Assembly: GCA_964016885.1 (NCBI GenBank) | Contig: CAXHJY010001714.1 | Span: 62,001-126,000, forward strand | Source of the DNA: Eledone cirrhosa | Lineage: Eukaryota | DNA length: 64,000 nt | Direction: 5' to 3' | Shown here: positions 1-13,168 of the stretch, in pieces | How positions within the stretch are numbered: the first letter of the stretch is position 1 | How the letters are laid out: each line of letters starts with the position of its first letter | The notes under the pieces: model-generated | Databases searched by the model: none | The model's input: only the letters and a program-made list of their open reading frames with translations | Told to the model about the DNA's origin: nothing | Position numbers and translations under genes: made by a program

Positions 1-879
1 TGGATAACAAAGGTATATGATTTTACTGAGATTGTCCATTAAGATCAAATCTATCAACAAACTTCAGTTGTCTGTTAGATAAAGATTTTTTTTTCAACTA
101 GTGTAAATGCAAAGAGGATCTAAATATTTAGTTCTCTTGAATAAGCAAGAACAATAAGCTTCATTTGAACTGGGACCACTTCTTACCTACAAGTCAATGA
201 TACACCACAGTGCAGTTTTAACTGTGGGAAGGTAGATAGATTAACCTTTTATCCAAGTAGAATGCTTTTTCATTCACTAAATAAATTGACCTTTAATAGA
301 AATCTGAATTTTTGCTATACAGGTTTGAGCTCTTACATCAGGCAATTTAGGACCAGGCCATTACCCACTCATGGGAAAATACCAAAAAACAGTCCACAAA
401 ACAATCTTGCCACTTCATATATACACTGATATCTTATCAAAGCTTAAAAAAGGAAATAATACAACTAATTAATGCTGTTTTGAGTTATATAAACTCTAAA
501 ACCAAAACTAAAAGTACAAGGTACATGTAGGATGATTTAAAAAGTACTGACCCATGGAGTGCCAGATTTGAAAGGTCCTACTTGTATTGGTTTTATTTCA
601 AAGCTATTAAGTATGAGTAAACTAGAATTAGTGTAGACTGTGATCACAATTTTGGTATCTTACTAACTCAGGCTGGAAAGAATACAAATATAAACTTCAG
701 AGAATATTTATACTAACATTGTCACTGGAATGACAAAAAATATATTTCATGCATGGAAGATTTGACACAAAAAGGTCCATAGTTATTTAAAAAAAAAAAA
801 TAACATGAAAATTACCCTGGGAAAAAGTTTAAATATATAATGCATTATTTTACTTTGTACCAAATCAATAAAAAAACAA

Positions 880-1290
880 CAGGATCATGCCTATTTGACA
901 AAGTCATACTTTGAATATGTAGCAGTAAATTTCAGCTCTTCAGTATTTGTACTGCTTGGAGCTCTATTGATGATCATTAAAGCCATTGGGACTACAACCT
1001 TACTTGGAAATATTTTATATTGTTCTCTACTAAAATATAACTGCATTATACAAGACTTTGTGTGGAACTTGCAGCATATATTAGTTGTTGTGAAATGCAT
1101 GGATAAAATTAGATCAAGAGCATTAAACAGATAAGAATACAGAATATTGTGAAATATTAGATTTAGAATATGTCAATCTTGTTCTCCATTGTGAGTTGTG
1201 CTGACTTTCTAGAGGACTGATCATGAGTCAATTTTTGAAAAAGACTGCTCATAATTTTCAAGAGCTACACAACAAAAAATTTCTTTTATA
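880..1290 (+). pseudogene. Decayed hAT (Charlie/SPIN, GTF2IRD2-like) transposase fragment
   Basis: ORF 895-1134 ends ...NCIIQ...VVVKCMDKIRSRALNR. After a frameshift it reads EYCEILDLEYVNLVLHCELC*LSRG, matching the hAT HCxxH and (R)WLSRG motifs. Confidence 0.75.
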
Positions 1291-1323
1291 ATAACAATTT
1301 GTTAATTGATTTAGTATATTTAA

Positions 1324-1734
1324 TTAACTCTTAACATCCTGTAATAATTTAGCAGAAAATATCTCCTAACAGGTTTGTTGATTCAAATGCTTATAGAACC
1401 CTTTACTTCTGAACAGATTGTGAAAATTTGCTATATAAAAGTAAAGACTTTAATTTTTAATATGATACTATCAAAGTGCTGTTTTGTATTTTTCAAGAAT
1501 GTCTTGCTAATGTAGTTTGATGTGGTACAGGAGGCTAAGAGTTAAGTAATTAGCCATTTCACTGATCTAAATTTGAAACAGATTTGTCTAATTCAAGTAT
1601 TTTTACTAGTGGACAGAGAGTTGTAAGAATTTGTGGTATTAATTTTTAATGTGATGCAGTCATATCACTTTTTAAAACTTTTTAAGAATGTCTTGCTAAT
1701 ATGGTTTCGTGTGGTACAGGACTTTAAGAGTTAA
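1324..1734. mobile_element. TTAA-bounded MITE-like element with a duplicated right end
   Basis: Left TTAACTCTTAACATCCTGTA is inverted relative to TACAGGAGGCTAAGAGTTAA (ends 1545) and TACAGGACTTTAAGAGTTAA (ends 1734). The ~50-bp right terminus occurs twice. Confidence 0.5.
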
Positions 1735-1856
1735 ATGCTAGGCACAATCGAAAGACTCAAAAGTCTCATCAATGTGAGTAATCTTTACACTGTTCTTTTA
1801 TTTTAATATTGAATCATTAGATCATGTAAAAAATATTAAATATATCTTTTCTTTTA

Positions 1857-2370
1857 CATCATCATCATTGTTATCATTGTCATCATTTAACATCTGCTCC
1901 TCACGACCCAGTCTACACTGTAAAGTGGTTGTATAGGTGTCACGACAAAAAGCACCCAGCCCACACTGTAAAATGATTGTGTAGAGATCACAACAAAAAA
2001 GAATCCAGTACTCACTTTAAATGAGGTTGGTGTTATGAAAGGCACCCAGCTGTAGAAACCAAGCCAAAATCAGTTCTGTATCAGCAAGACATGGGCACCT
2101 GTCCTAGCAGTTCAGAGGCTAGTTCTTGCTAGCATACTTTCCTACAGAGTGTACTGGGTTCATTTTATCATGGCACCAGTACTAGCGAGGTTGTACCATT
2201 GACACAACTGAAGAGTTTTCTCAACCCTATGTTTGGCAAGTTTTCTACAACTGGATGCCTTTCCTAACACCAACCACTTTACAGAGTGTACTACATGTGT
2301 TTCAATCATGGCTCCAACACTAGGGAGGTTGTGGTGCCTTTGACACAACCAAATGGTCCTCTCAACCCTT
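1857..2370. mobile_element. Cluster of degenerate fragments of the (CAT)n-tailed SINE/RTE 3' family
   Basis: (CAT)n tail at ~1857 and CTGGATGCCTTTCCTAACACCAACCACTTTACAGAGTG at ~2251-2290, as in the SINEs at 12.6 and 14.5 kb; fragments in both orientations. Confidence 0.55.
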
Positions 2371-2832
2371 TGTTTGGTATATTGTAATGTTTTATATAAA
2401 AATTGAACAAGAGTACAAGACTTGTAAGGTGCATCTAAAGTCATACATGGAAAAAAAGACATTTGAAATGTAAAATATAGCCACCTCTGATATAAGGAAA
2501 AGGAAATATATAAAACATTATGACAGTTTATGTTATCTTAAAGGTTTTTAAAAAATTTCTTTCAATGATTAATTCCCATTATACAGAATATATAAAAAAG
2601 AAGTGACACTAACAAAGTAGGGCAGATATATTTAATAGACTGGGTTTTTGAAGAAAACAAACAAAAATATTTGACATGAATGACTTGATGCATACCTATC
2701 ACCTCAGATTGTCACTAGGTCTTCCATCTAGTTTTTTTTTTCACTTCATAAAGACTAAGAAACATGAATAGATATCTAATAAAGAAAATATGAGGTTCTA
2801 AACTAAATCATCACAAATTATTTTATGTTTCA

Positions 2833-3190
2833 CTAGCAGAGGTACCTGGCGTTGCCCGGTATAACTCAATGGAGTAGTCGTTCAAATGAACCAAAAGGCT
2901 TCTGTTAAACACGACTATAGAAGTAACAATTTATAGGTGTTGGCCCTAAAGAGGACCTTTTAACGTTCACTTTGAAATATCTCAGCGGCGGTACTGCCAG
3001 CAAAAATGAATCCGATGGTAACAATTTAAACTTGGTGGCTCTGAAGAGGGCCTTGGATCGTTCACTCTTAAAAGTCTCAGTGGCAGAGCTGTCAGTAAAG
3101 ACGACTCCGATTAGAGGTGGTGGCTCTTAAGAAGTCCTTCACACCATTTTGGTGTGTCGTATTTTAGGCATCTAACTATTACTAGATGAT
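2833..3190 (-). mobile_element. Non-autonomous Helitron-like element (3' end at 2833)
   Basis: Plus strand A-CTAG-CAGAGGTA-CCTGGCGTTGCCCGG = minus-strand GC hairpin followed by CTAG|T. Internal degenerate ~88-bp repeats at ~2910-3140. The 5' end is not resolved and runs into the satellite. Confidence 0.55.
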
Positions 3191-5456
3191 AGACTATTTT
3201 AGGGATCCAATTATTACTAGATGATAGACTATTTTAGGGATCAAACTATTACTAGATGATAGACTATTTTAGGGATCCAACTATTACTAGATGATAGACT
3301 ATTTTAGGGATCCAATTATTACAAGATGATAGACTATTTTAGGGATCAAACTATTACTAGATGACACACTATTTTAGGGATCCAACTATTACTAGTTGAT
3401 AAACTATTTTAGGGATCCAACTATTACAAGATGATAGGCTATTTTAGGGATCCAGCTATTACTAAATGACACACTATTTTAGGGATCCAACTATTACTAG
3501 TTGATAAACTATTTTAGGGATCATCTATTACTAGATGATAGACTATTTTAGGGATCATCTATTACTAGTTGATAGACTATTTTAGGGATCTAACTATTAC
3601 TAGATGATAGATTATTTTAGGGATCCAACTATTACTAGATGATAGACTATTTTAGGGATCCAACTATTACTAGATGATAGACTATTTTAGGGATCCAACT
3701 ATTACTAGATGATAGACTATTTTAGGGATCCAATTATTACTAGATGATAGACTATTTTAGGGATCCAACTATTACTAGATGATAGATTATTTTAGGGATC
3801 CAACTATTACTAGATGATAGACTATTTTAGGGATCCAACTATTACTAGATGATAGACTATTTTAGGGATCCAACTATTACAAGATGATAGACTATTTTAG
3901 GGATCCATCTATTACTAGTTGATAAACTATTTTAGGGATCCAACTATTACAAGATGATAGACTATTTTAGGGATCCAACTATTACTAGATGATAGACTAT
4001 TTTAGGGATCCAACTATTACTAGATGATAGACTATTTTAGGGATCCAACTATTACTAGATGATAGACTATTTTAGGGATCCAACTATTACTAGATGATAG
4101 ACTATTTTAGGGATCCAACTATTACTAGATGATAGACTATTTTAGGGATCCAACTATTACAAGATGATAGACTATTTTAGGGATCCAACTATTACTAGAT
4201 GATAGACTATTTTAGGGATCCAACTATTACTAGATGATAGACTATTTTAGGGATCCAACTATTACTAGATGATAGACTATTTTAGGGATCCAACTATTAC
4301 AAGATGATAGACTATTTTAGGGATCCATCTATTACTAGTTGATAAACTATTTTAGGGATCCAACTATTACAAGATGATAGACTATTTTAGGGATCCAACT
4401 ATTACTAGATGATAGACTATTTTAGGGATCCAACTATTACTAGATGATAGACTATTTTAGGGATCCAACTATTACTAGATGATAGACTATTTTAGGGATC
4501 CAACTATTACTAGATGATAGACTATTTTAGGGATCCAACTATTACTAGATGATAGACTATTTTAGGGATCCAACTATTACAAGATGATAGACTATTTTAG
4601 GGATCCAACTATTACTAGATGATAGACTATTTTAGGGATCCAACTATTACTAGATGATAGACTATTTTAGGGATCCAACTATTACTAGATGATAGACTAT
4701 TTTAGGGATCCAACTATTACTAGATGATAGACTATTTTAGGGATCCAACTATTACTAGATGATAGACTATTTTAGGGATCCAACTATTACTAGATGATAG
4801 ACTATTTTAGGGATCCAACTATTACTAGATGATAGACTATTTTAGGGATCTAACTATTACTAGATGATAGACTATTTTAGGGATTCAGCTATTACTAGAT
4901 GATAGACTATTTTAGGGATCCAACTATTACTAGATGATAGACTATTTTAGGGATCCAACTATTACTAGATGATAGACTATTTTAGGGATCCAACTATTAC
5001 TAGATGATAGACTATTTTAGGGATCCAACTATTACTAGATGATAGACTATTTTAGGGATCTAACTATTACTAGATGATAGACTATTTTAGGGATCCAATT
5101 ATTACTAGATGATAGACTATTTTAGGGATCCAACTATTACTAGATGATAGACTATTTTAGGGATCTAACTATTACTAGATGATAGACTATTTTAGGGATC
5201 CAACTATTACAAGATGATAGACTATTTTAGGGATCCAGCTATTACTAAATGACACACTATTTTAGGGATCCAACTATTACTAGTTGATAAACTATTTTAG
5301 GGATCATCTATTACTAGTTGATAGACTATTTTAGGGATCTAACTATTACTAGTTGATAGACTATTTTGGGGATCTAACTATTACTAGATGATAGACTATT
5401 TTAGGGATCTAACTATTACTAGATGACACACTACTTTAGGGACCTAACTATTACTA
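3160..5456. repeat. 35-bp tandem satellite, ~65 copies
   Basis: Unit GGATCCAACTATTACTAGATGATAGACTATTTTAG, period 35 (e.g. GGATC at 3621 and 3656). Homogeneous centre, variant edges. Confidence 0.97.
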
Positions 5457-5519
5457 TTTCATCTTTTTCATGAGGGACCCCATTAAAATGAAATAACATA
5501 AATTATTTATTTCATAACA

Positions 5520-5760
5520 GGGATCAGGATGACCGGTTGGAAGAATAATTAGAGCTTTGGACAAAATGCTTTTTGTTTTGGCTCTTTACATTCTGAGTTC
5601 AAGTCCTGCCATGGCCAACTTTGCTTTTGATCCTTCTAAGATCAATAAAATAAAGTACCAGAAATAAAATAAAGTAGTGCGAGGGGGGGTGGGGTCGATA
5701 TGAACCACTTTCCTCTCCCCACAAATTGCTGGCCTTGTGCCAAAATTAAAACTTATTATA
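5520..5760 (+). mobile_element. Degenerate tRNA-derived SINE (family A)
   Basis: TTCTGAGTTCAAGTCC B-box, then AACTTTGCTTTTGATCCTT...ATAAAATAAAGTACCAG...AATTGCTGGCCTTGTGCC, shared with many copies in the window. Confidence 0.7.
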
Positions 5761-6142
5761 AGAAGGATCAATAACTTCTTTTTGTAAAGACTACTTTTGA
5801 TTTTTTCTTTTTTTGCCCATGGTCCACAGACAGGGCTAGTGCTACCATTTGGCCAGTTAGGGTGCTACTGAGGGCCCAGACCTCAAAGAGGCACATTACT
5901 GAACCATAATTTGACTAAAAAGAGATCAATAGCATAAGTATCAAACATGAACAATAAATATTAATGTCGATATGATTAACTAAATCAAGGTGTTGCTCCA
6001 GCAAGTCTGCAGTCTAATTGCTGCTGAAACCAGTGAAAGAATAAAAGATTATAACCATCTGAATAGGTTTTACTTGTAAATTTCCTTTCCTGGCTGTATT
6101 CAGAGTATGGTCATGTAAGTGAAAGGAAGCTACCTACACCTG

Positions 6143-6357
6143 TAATCCTTTAGCATTTACATTACTCTATATTTACTATTGTATTTTTATGGTAAAGACT
6201 TTATCTCACATATTATTGAAGCTAGGAGATTTTGATGTGATTTATTTTGAGAACAATACCTTAACATTGATATGAGCGGCTGATTATAGCTGGCGTGAAC
6301 AGAAGGAGATGAGAGAATTCTGGTTGGATACAGCTGGTTTAAATGCTAAAGGGTTAA
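6143..6357. mobile_element. piggyBac-type MITE, ~215 bp
   Basis: TIRs TAATCCTTTAGCATTTA / TAAATGCTAAAGGGTTAA. Same family at 9502-9938 and 41527-41674. Confidence 0.75.
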
Positions 6358-6591
6358 CCCCTTTCAATAATACCAAACCATCAGAAATTGCCCCTGGTTT
6401 TACAATTCTAAGCTGTCTATTTTAAAGTGTTTTTATTTATTTAAAAAACTCTGCTAACCCACTGCTCCTGAATTTGTACTCTATTTTATTGACCCCAGAA
6501 AGATGAAATGTAAAGTTGATGTCAGTAGGATTTGAACTCAGAACACAGAGAGCAGACGGTCAGATATTTTTGAATTATAAGAGTAGTGTCT

Positions 6592-6817
6592 TAACAGTTT
6601 TGATACCAAACCACCTGAAACCACCACTGGTTTAGTGTTTATATTTATATAAAAAAGAGCCTTACCCCATCATTTTATGTAAGAACCTTTTTTAAGTTAT
6701 GTTGTAAACACTATATTAAGAGAAAATTAGTTATATTATAAAATTCTTTATTATTTTCAAGATGATTTGAAAATTATAAGCAGTATATTTCATTAGAAAT
6801 ATGGTCATGAAAGGGTT
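6592..6817. mobile_element. Second degenerate TTAA-associated MITE family
   Basis: GATACCAAACCACCTGAAACCACCACTGG left end (also near 6360 and 8424) and ...ATGAAAGGGTT right end. Confidence 0.45.
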
Positions 6818-8311
6818 CATATTGTGAAAATGCTACAAAGTAAACACTATCTTTCTTATTGTATAGGAGAAGCAAGCAAGAGCTGTGTTAGCCAAGCAAG
6901 GGCGTTACTTATTGAATGTCAAATCTTATACTGAAAGGAAAACAAAACAAAGTCTGTTGTAGTGGAACAATTGTAATATTAGACAAAGGTTGGTTATATT
7001 GACAAAACTTCCTACTGATTTCTGAATGAGGCCACTGCAAGATGTATTGATCTTTTGCCCTTTGCATAATGGTATTTAGTTATGATCCTTTATGTTCTGA
7101 GTTCAAATCCTGCTGAGGTTGAATATAGTGTTGGGTTAATGTCATCAACTCTACTTCCAACCAATTACTGCCATTTTTTTCACTGTATAGTCTGAGAGGA
7201 AAGAGAAGTATTCATGAGCTTTTTCAAGGCCAAAACTATTGGAAGGCATATTCAAACTGGAGACCTTGCCTGAATACTTACAACACATTAGATACCTCTA
7301 AACACACAAAGGTGGTGGTATTAAACTGAGTGACAGATTCCCTGTATTTAAACCAACAACCCTAATTAATGGGAAAAATACTCAAATACTTTGTGTGTGG
7401 AGTGGTGGTGACATTCTTGGTCTACTGTATTGTTTTGGGAGGATTGGGGAGCAAACATTATGACCACTCCAAGTGGCATAAACTCTAGCTATGCCATGGC
7501 TCAAATGATATTTAGAATGGTTTCATCACTTTATAGAATATTTGTTTCATTCTCCTAATCCATGTATTTGTTAATCAATAATATGATTGTTGTGTTTTAA
7601 ACTTACATCTAATGAAATTATGTGTATTACATTATAAGATGTAATGCCAATTTTCATAAGCATAGACTTAAAATGATATTAGACATTGTAATCACCTCTC
7701 TACTGCTGGTGACATGATAAAATGCACCCAGTACACTCTGTCTGTAAAAGGATTGGTGATAGGAAAGGAATCCAGTCATTAAAAAAATTGTCAAATGAAG
7801 GGTCACAGGACTTTACAGTTGTTTGAAGGGCACAACAACTTCTCTAGTGTTGGTGAGACAATAAAATGCCCCCAGTAGATGCTGTGAAATGGTTGGTGAT
7901 TGGAAGGGTATTCAGCCATAGAAAACATCTCAAATGAAGAGTTGAGTTGACTCTGCAGTTGAATCAAAGACATGACCTTCTTAGTGCGGGTGCCAAGATA
8001 AATTGCACCATGTTTAGTACAAGAACATATGTAAGCAAGATGCAACCAGGAGCCCAGCTGAAAGGTCGGAAACTCTGATGAAATAATGACTTTGTCTATG
8101 ATAACTCATTCACCCCTTTACAGCAGAAAAAACTGATGTTAAATGATGACAATGATGATGATGATGGTGAAGGTGGTGGAATCAAATCACTAACAGTGAC
8201 AGCAAAGACCAACAAGTCCACTGACAGTAATTGAACTATATATCCACAACTTTTACATTGAAATATTCAGCAATTAATTTATTCATAGCAATGATACATT
8301 TGTGTATATAT

Positions 8312-8410
8312 TGGAGCTCCAATGGTTCCAATAACATGTATTCCAGTTCTTTGATCAATGGAACAGCCTGCTCAAGAAATTAATGTCTGAGTGGGTGAGC
8401 ATTCCACAAA
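8312..8410. repeat. Unclassified interspersed repeat (CAACTGGAAC / GAACAGCCTGCTC family)
   Basis: The same motifs recur, in both orientations, at ~11140-11385, 11530-11725, 30660-30935, 46145-46630, 52490-52660 and 55715-55855. Confidence 0.6.
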
Positions 8411-9501
8411 TGTGTTTTCTTATCCCTTTGATATCAAACTGCCTGAAACTGCCCTGGATTTATTATACAAAACTGTTAATTTAAAAAAAAATTTATCCTT
8501 ATTTTAAAATCTTCCAAAATAATTTTATTTTAGAAATGTTTGTTAACTAGTGCTCTAAGTATCAGTTTACAAAAAAAAAAAGACTTTCATTAACCTCCTT
8601 CCAAATGTTTGGTTATTTTCAAAATTAATTGAAACACATAGGCAGAGTATTTTATTAAAAATACAGTAAATTTCTGTGACACAGTGTGTAACCAATTTGA
8701 ACCTTTGAATTACGACTCATTTTGACCAGTTGAATGAACTGGAACAATGTAAAATAAAATGCCTTGCTCGAGGACACAACAAGCCAACAGGAATCAAACT
8801 CATAACCTTATGAGTGTGAGCTGAACATTCTGACCACTAAGCAACATGCTTTCACATAACAATGATAAGAGTTGTGAATAACTTTGTTCTCACCAACGTT
8901 TGGAAATGTTCTAGTTATTTACATGTTTCCTAGAGCAGACTGTGAATGACTGATCAGCTGTATGCTATTTTAGTTGAAGGCCAGAACTTTGTGGAATATA
9001 AAATTGACATTATGCTTTGGTGGAATGTAAATATGTTCCATTAAGTAGGTCTATGCAAAGCTGGTAATAGACCCAGACTAAATGTAAAATGTAGACTATC
9101 CTCACCCCCAACCCAATAGGCCTAAGTCAGATGTGAAATATAGGCCACATTTTAAACTATTTATTAGGTGTTTTAGAAAAAAGTTCTAAATTCATATTTT
9201 TTAATGTAAATGTTGCTATTATAAACATATACATGTAATGCATATTAGATACTTTCAAGTATCTAGAATTTGAGGTGAGTAGGATTCCTCAAGATTGCAG
9301 GCCAATACCAGCTAGCACACCTGGCCCCCATCCTCTAGTTTGGCTTGGTACCAAGATGGATGTTTCAATCATAAATTCATTATATTTAAGTTGACTATTT
9401 TGTTAAGTTTAGTTTAAAAACAACTATTATCCATACAGTTGCTGACACTGTCAATTATAACTCTTTCAGAAGTTTTATACTGGAGGAACAATCCAATGTT
9501 T

Positions 9502-9938
9502 TAACCCTTTAACATTTACATTACTCTATATTTACTTTTATATTTTCACAGTAAAGGCTTTACCTCACATAATTATCCCACATAATATGGAATCTACGCG
9601 ATTTTGATATTATTTATTTTAAGAACAATACCTTAACACTTTAATGTTCAAACCGGCCAACATCGGCCAGAATTCTCTAACTTTTTCTGTTGAAACTGGC
9701 TGTAACTGGTCACTCAAACTGATGTTAAGGTATTGTTCTCAAAATAAATACTTTCAAAATCTCATAAATTCGATATTATGTGAGATAAAGCATTTACCAT
9801 GAAAATATAATAGTAAATATAGAGTAATGTGAATGCTAAAGGGTTAACATCAGTATAAGTGCTGGTTACAACCAGTTTGAAAAGAAAGAGATGAGGGAAT
9901 TCTGGCTGGATACGGCCAGTTTAAATGCTAAAGGGTTA
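9502..9938. mobile_element. piggyBac-type MITE with an inverted copy of the same family nested in its internal TTAA
   Basis: The outer copy runs 9502-9636 and resumes at ~9848-9938. The inner copy (~9637-9847) is the reverse complement of the 6143-6357 element and is bounded by TTAA. Confidence 0.75.
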
Positions 9939-12540
9939 AAGAGGTGGCAAACCTTTTTTAGAACATGTACCCACACTCCCAGATTATCATTGTTATTGTA
10001 TTTATATATTATAAATTATTTTATGGAGGAAGATAACAAAATGTTTAAAATCATTCTTCGAAAAGTCTGTTGAGTTCAAATCATGCTAAGGGCAACTTTG
10101 TCTTTCAACCTTCCAGGATTGATAAAATGAAGTACCAGTCAAGTACTAGGATCAATATAATCAACTTCTCTCCCCAAGAGAAAACATTGTTAGCTTCGTG
10201 CCTAAATTAGAAACGATTCTTTAAAATGTCTGTTTAGAGTGTTTGGCAGTACCAGAAAACTCAGAGCTCAAAGTAACACATATTATTATCTTGATTAGAT
10301 GCTGTACCATAACTGGACAGGGAGGAGAGATGGAAGAGGGAGGTCCGTTCTGAATAGCATATTTTGGTTTAAGTATGTTTGATGTATATTGTGTTGTGTT
10401 TTTCATAAGTGGGAGGGGCAAACTGAAGGACCGCCCCAAGTGTCACAAATTCTAGCTAAGTCATTGAGCAGATGATCACGTTTTTACTCACGTATATTTT
10501 AAATCCATTATTTTTTTAAGTAGTGTATGAAAGGCTGGCTTGTTTGATTTTTTTTTTTAAATATAAAATCATCAACGAAAAAAACCTTCTGCATGCCCAA
10601 AAAATATTTTCACATTTAGATTCACAACCTTTATTTTAAGTGGTTGTTGATCATCGTTTGTGTTTTGAAAGCAAGGTAACAAAGCAATGGTTCCCAACAC
10701 TTTTGCAACCTTTTTATTTAAATGAATTTTACCACAGACTCTCCACCTGCTACAATTATCCCCCAACCCCGACCAGATTGTTATGTGGTGAGAATAACAA
10801 TCAAAAGGGAGAAATGTTTACACTTAGACAAGAATGGACATCCAATAGCATGTGCATATTGTTTTTAACAAAGTATTTGAACTTAACTCATATTCCCAGT
10901 ACTATTTTTGCAAACCCCTAGGTTGGGAACTGTTGCAATAGAAGTAAAGTATAAAATTACTAATATAGATAATAAAGCAAAGCCAACACAGTACAAAAAC
11001 ACAAGCTATAGCACATGCTATGTTAAGTTGCACCAAACATATTTTATTTAACGTTGGTTTAATATGATACAAATGAAGGCTCACAGCTTAGTGATAAGGG
11101 CATTCAGCTCACAGTTATAAGAGCATGATTTCAATTCCCAATGTGAGTGGCTGAGTATTCCACAGATACATATACCCTTTATTTCCACACAGCTCAAAAA
11201 AATGAGTTGTATTGTAATTCAAAGAGCCAACCTTGACCCATACTGTGTCACACTGTATCTCCCTCAAAACTATAATAAAGGTGCATGTGTTTGTGGAATG
11301 TTCAGCCTACACACACATTAATTTGATGAGTAGGTTGCTCCATTGATCAAACAACTGGAATAGTTGTCAGAACCAATAGAAGTCCAAAAATATATGAACC
11401 ATTGTAAACAAATGTTTATAAGACTTAGATTACAAACTCACTCAAATTAATCCAATAATCTATTGAACTAAATACTATAAATATAGATATATGAGTGTGA
11501 AGATGGCTGGCTCATGATTGTAATATTGTGAGTTTGATTCCTGGAGGTACGTTGTATCCTTGAGCACTTTGACCTTGTCACACACTATAATATATTGAAT
11601 CTCTCTGAGAATTACATTAAGAGTACATGTCTCTGGAATGCACAGCAATTTACACTTTAATTTCATGAGTTGTCTGTTCCATTGGTCGAGCAACTGGAAC
11701 ACTTGTTAGAGTTGCAGGAGGTTCTAGAAATATCAGTAGAACGTCTGTGGTTATTGTTGTAAATTCTGAACAGCAATTTCTAACAGTTATTGCCCTGTCA
11801 TATATTACACTTTAGGCATACAAGCCATGACCAATCATATACACCTTACAGATGTTTAGGGAATGCAAGTTATTTCATCTGGGGGGATCAATGACACAAC
11901 TCTCATAAAGGAAAATCCGGTTATTTAGTATGATCGTGCTTACAGTAAAGTCATAAAAATGCTAAATAATCTTTTGAAACAAATAAGACATTAAAAAAGG
12001 ATAAATTTACAATGCTAACAAGAATGTGCAATTTATCTGAGAAAAAGTTTTAAAGAAATATAAAAAAAATTATCCTTAGAAATTTGAAAAAACACAAAAA
12101 CAAATTGAGGAAATTCCTAAAGTTTTAGAAGAAAAAAACCTAGAATTCTCTGTTGTAGCATCCGGTAAAGTGCACATGTCTTCTGATTTTCTTACATTTT
12201 TCTCTGATATATTTCTATTGATAATCATATTCATTATATAAATTGTGTTTATATGTAAATATCTTTTGTCTTCCTGTTCAATATTTGTTATACAAAAAAT
12301 AAAATAAAATAAAACATTTTTGTTCACTCTTTGTCAGGCCAAAGATTCTGAATATGGTACCATTTCGGCTGAACATATTCATAAAAATAAATGGATAGAA
12401 CTAGAACAAATAAAAGACAAAAACAAACAAGTTTCCAATGATAAAGTGTGAAGTATTATTTTTCCCACCTCTTCTTAACATTTCAGAAGAACACTTCAAT
12501 TCTAAATACATTAGGACAGACTTACTAATATATATAAGTA

Positions 12541-12939
12541 ATCATCATCATCATCATTTTACGTCCGCTTTTCCCTGCTTGCAAGGGTGGGACGAGAACT
12601 GATTCTGGCTTGATTTCTACAGCTGGATGCCCTTCCCAACACCAACCTCATTTACAGTAAGTGCTGGGTGCTTTTTTTTTCCGTGGCGCCTACATGTCCA
12701 CTTTACAGTGTGGGGCTGGGTGCTTTTTTTGCCGTGGCACCTCCACGATCACTTTTGCAGTGGAATGATAGGGACCCCAGTCCTATCATCACATTTCAAC
12801 AGCTGAGTAAACTGGAGCAATGTGAAATAAAGTGTCTTGCTCAAGGAAACAACACATCACCCGGTCTGAGAATTTAACTCACAACCTTTCGGTTGCAAGG
12901 CCAATGCTCTAACCACTAAGCCAATGCTCTAACCACTAA
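12541..12939 (-). mobile_element. Full-length tRNA-derived SINE with CORE-like centre and RTE-type 3' tail
   Basis: Minus strand: TGGCTTAGTGGTTAGAGCATTGG A-box head, GAGTTAAATTC B-box, CCTTGAGCAAGACACTTT centre, ...GCGGACGTAAAAT(GAT)n tail identical to the RTE end at 54028-54080. Confidence 0.85.
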
Positions 12940-13127
12940 TTTCTAAACCCCCTTTTCTAACTCATTTCTAAATTACCTGCCTTTGTTTAAACTCTTATGA
13001 TATATTTCTGAAAGAAAGCACAATGAACCCCAGATGGCCATCTTTATTTTTATTTTTATTATGACAGGCTGAATGTTTTGGGGTTCAGAACCCAATGAAT
13101 CTTAAGTACCTGTTTATGTCACTGTTG

Positions 13128-13168
<41 letters not shown>

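Noticed and set aside
3160-5456. 35-bp repeat as a CRISPR array
   Set aside because: Units are head-to-tail with no unique spacers, there are no cas genes, and the context is eukaryotic.
12860-12939. tRNA gene calls for SINE heads here and at 14.7, 44.3, 61.3 and 61.9 kb
   Set aside because: They continue into SINE bodies and lack a complete cloverleaf.
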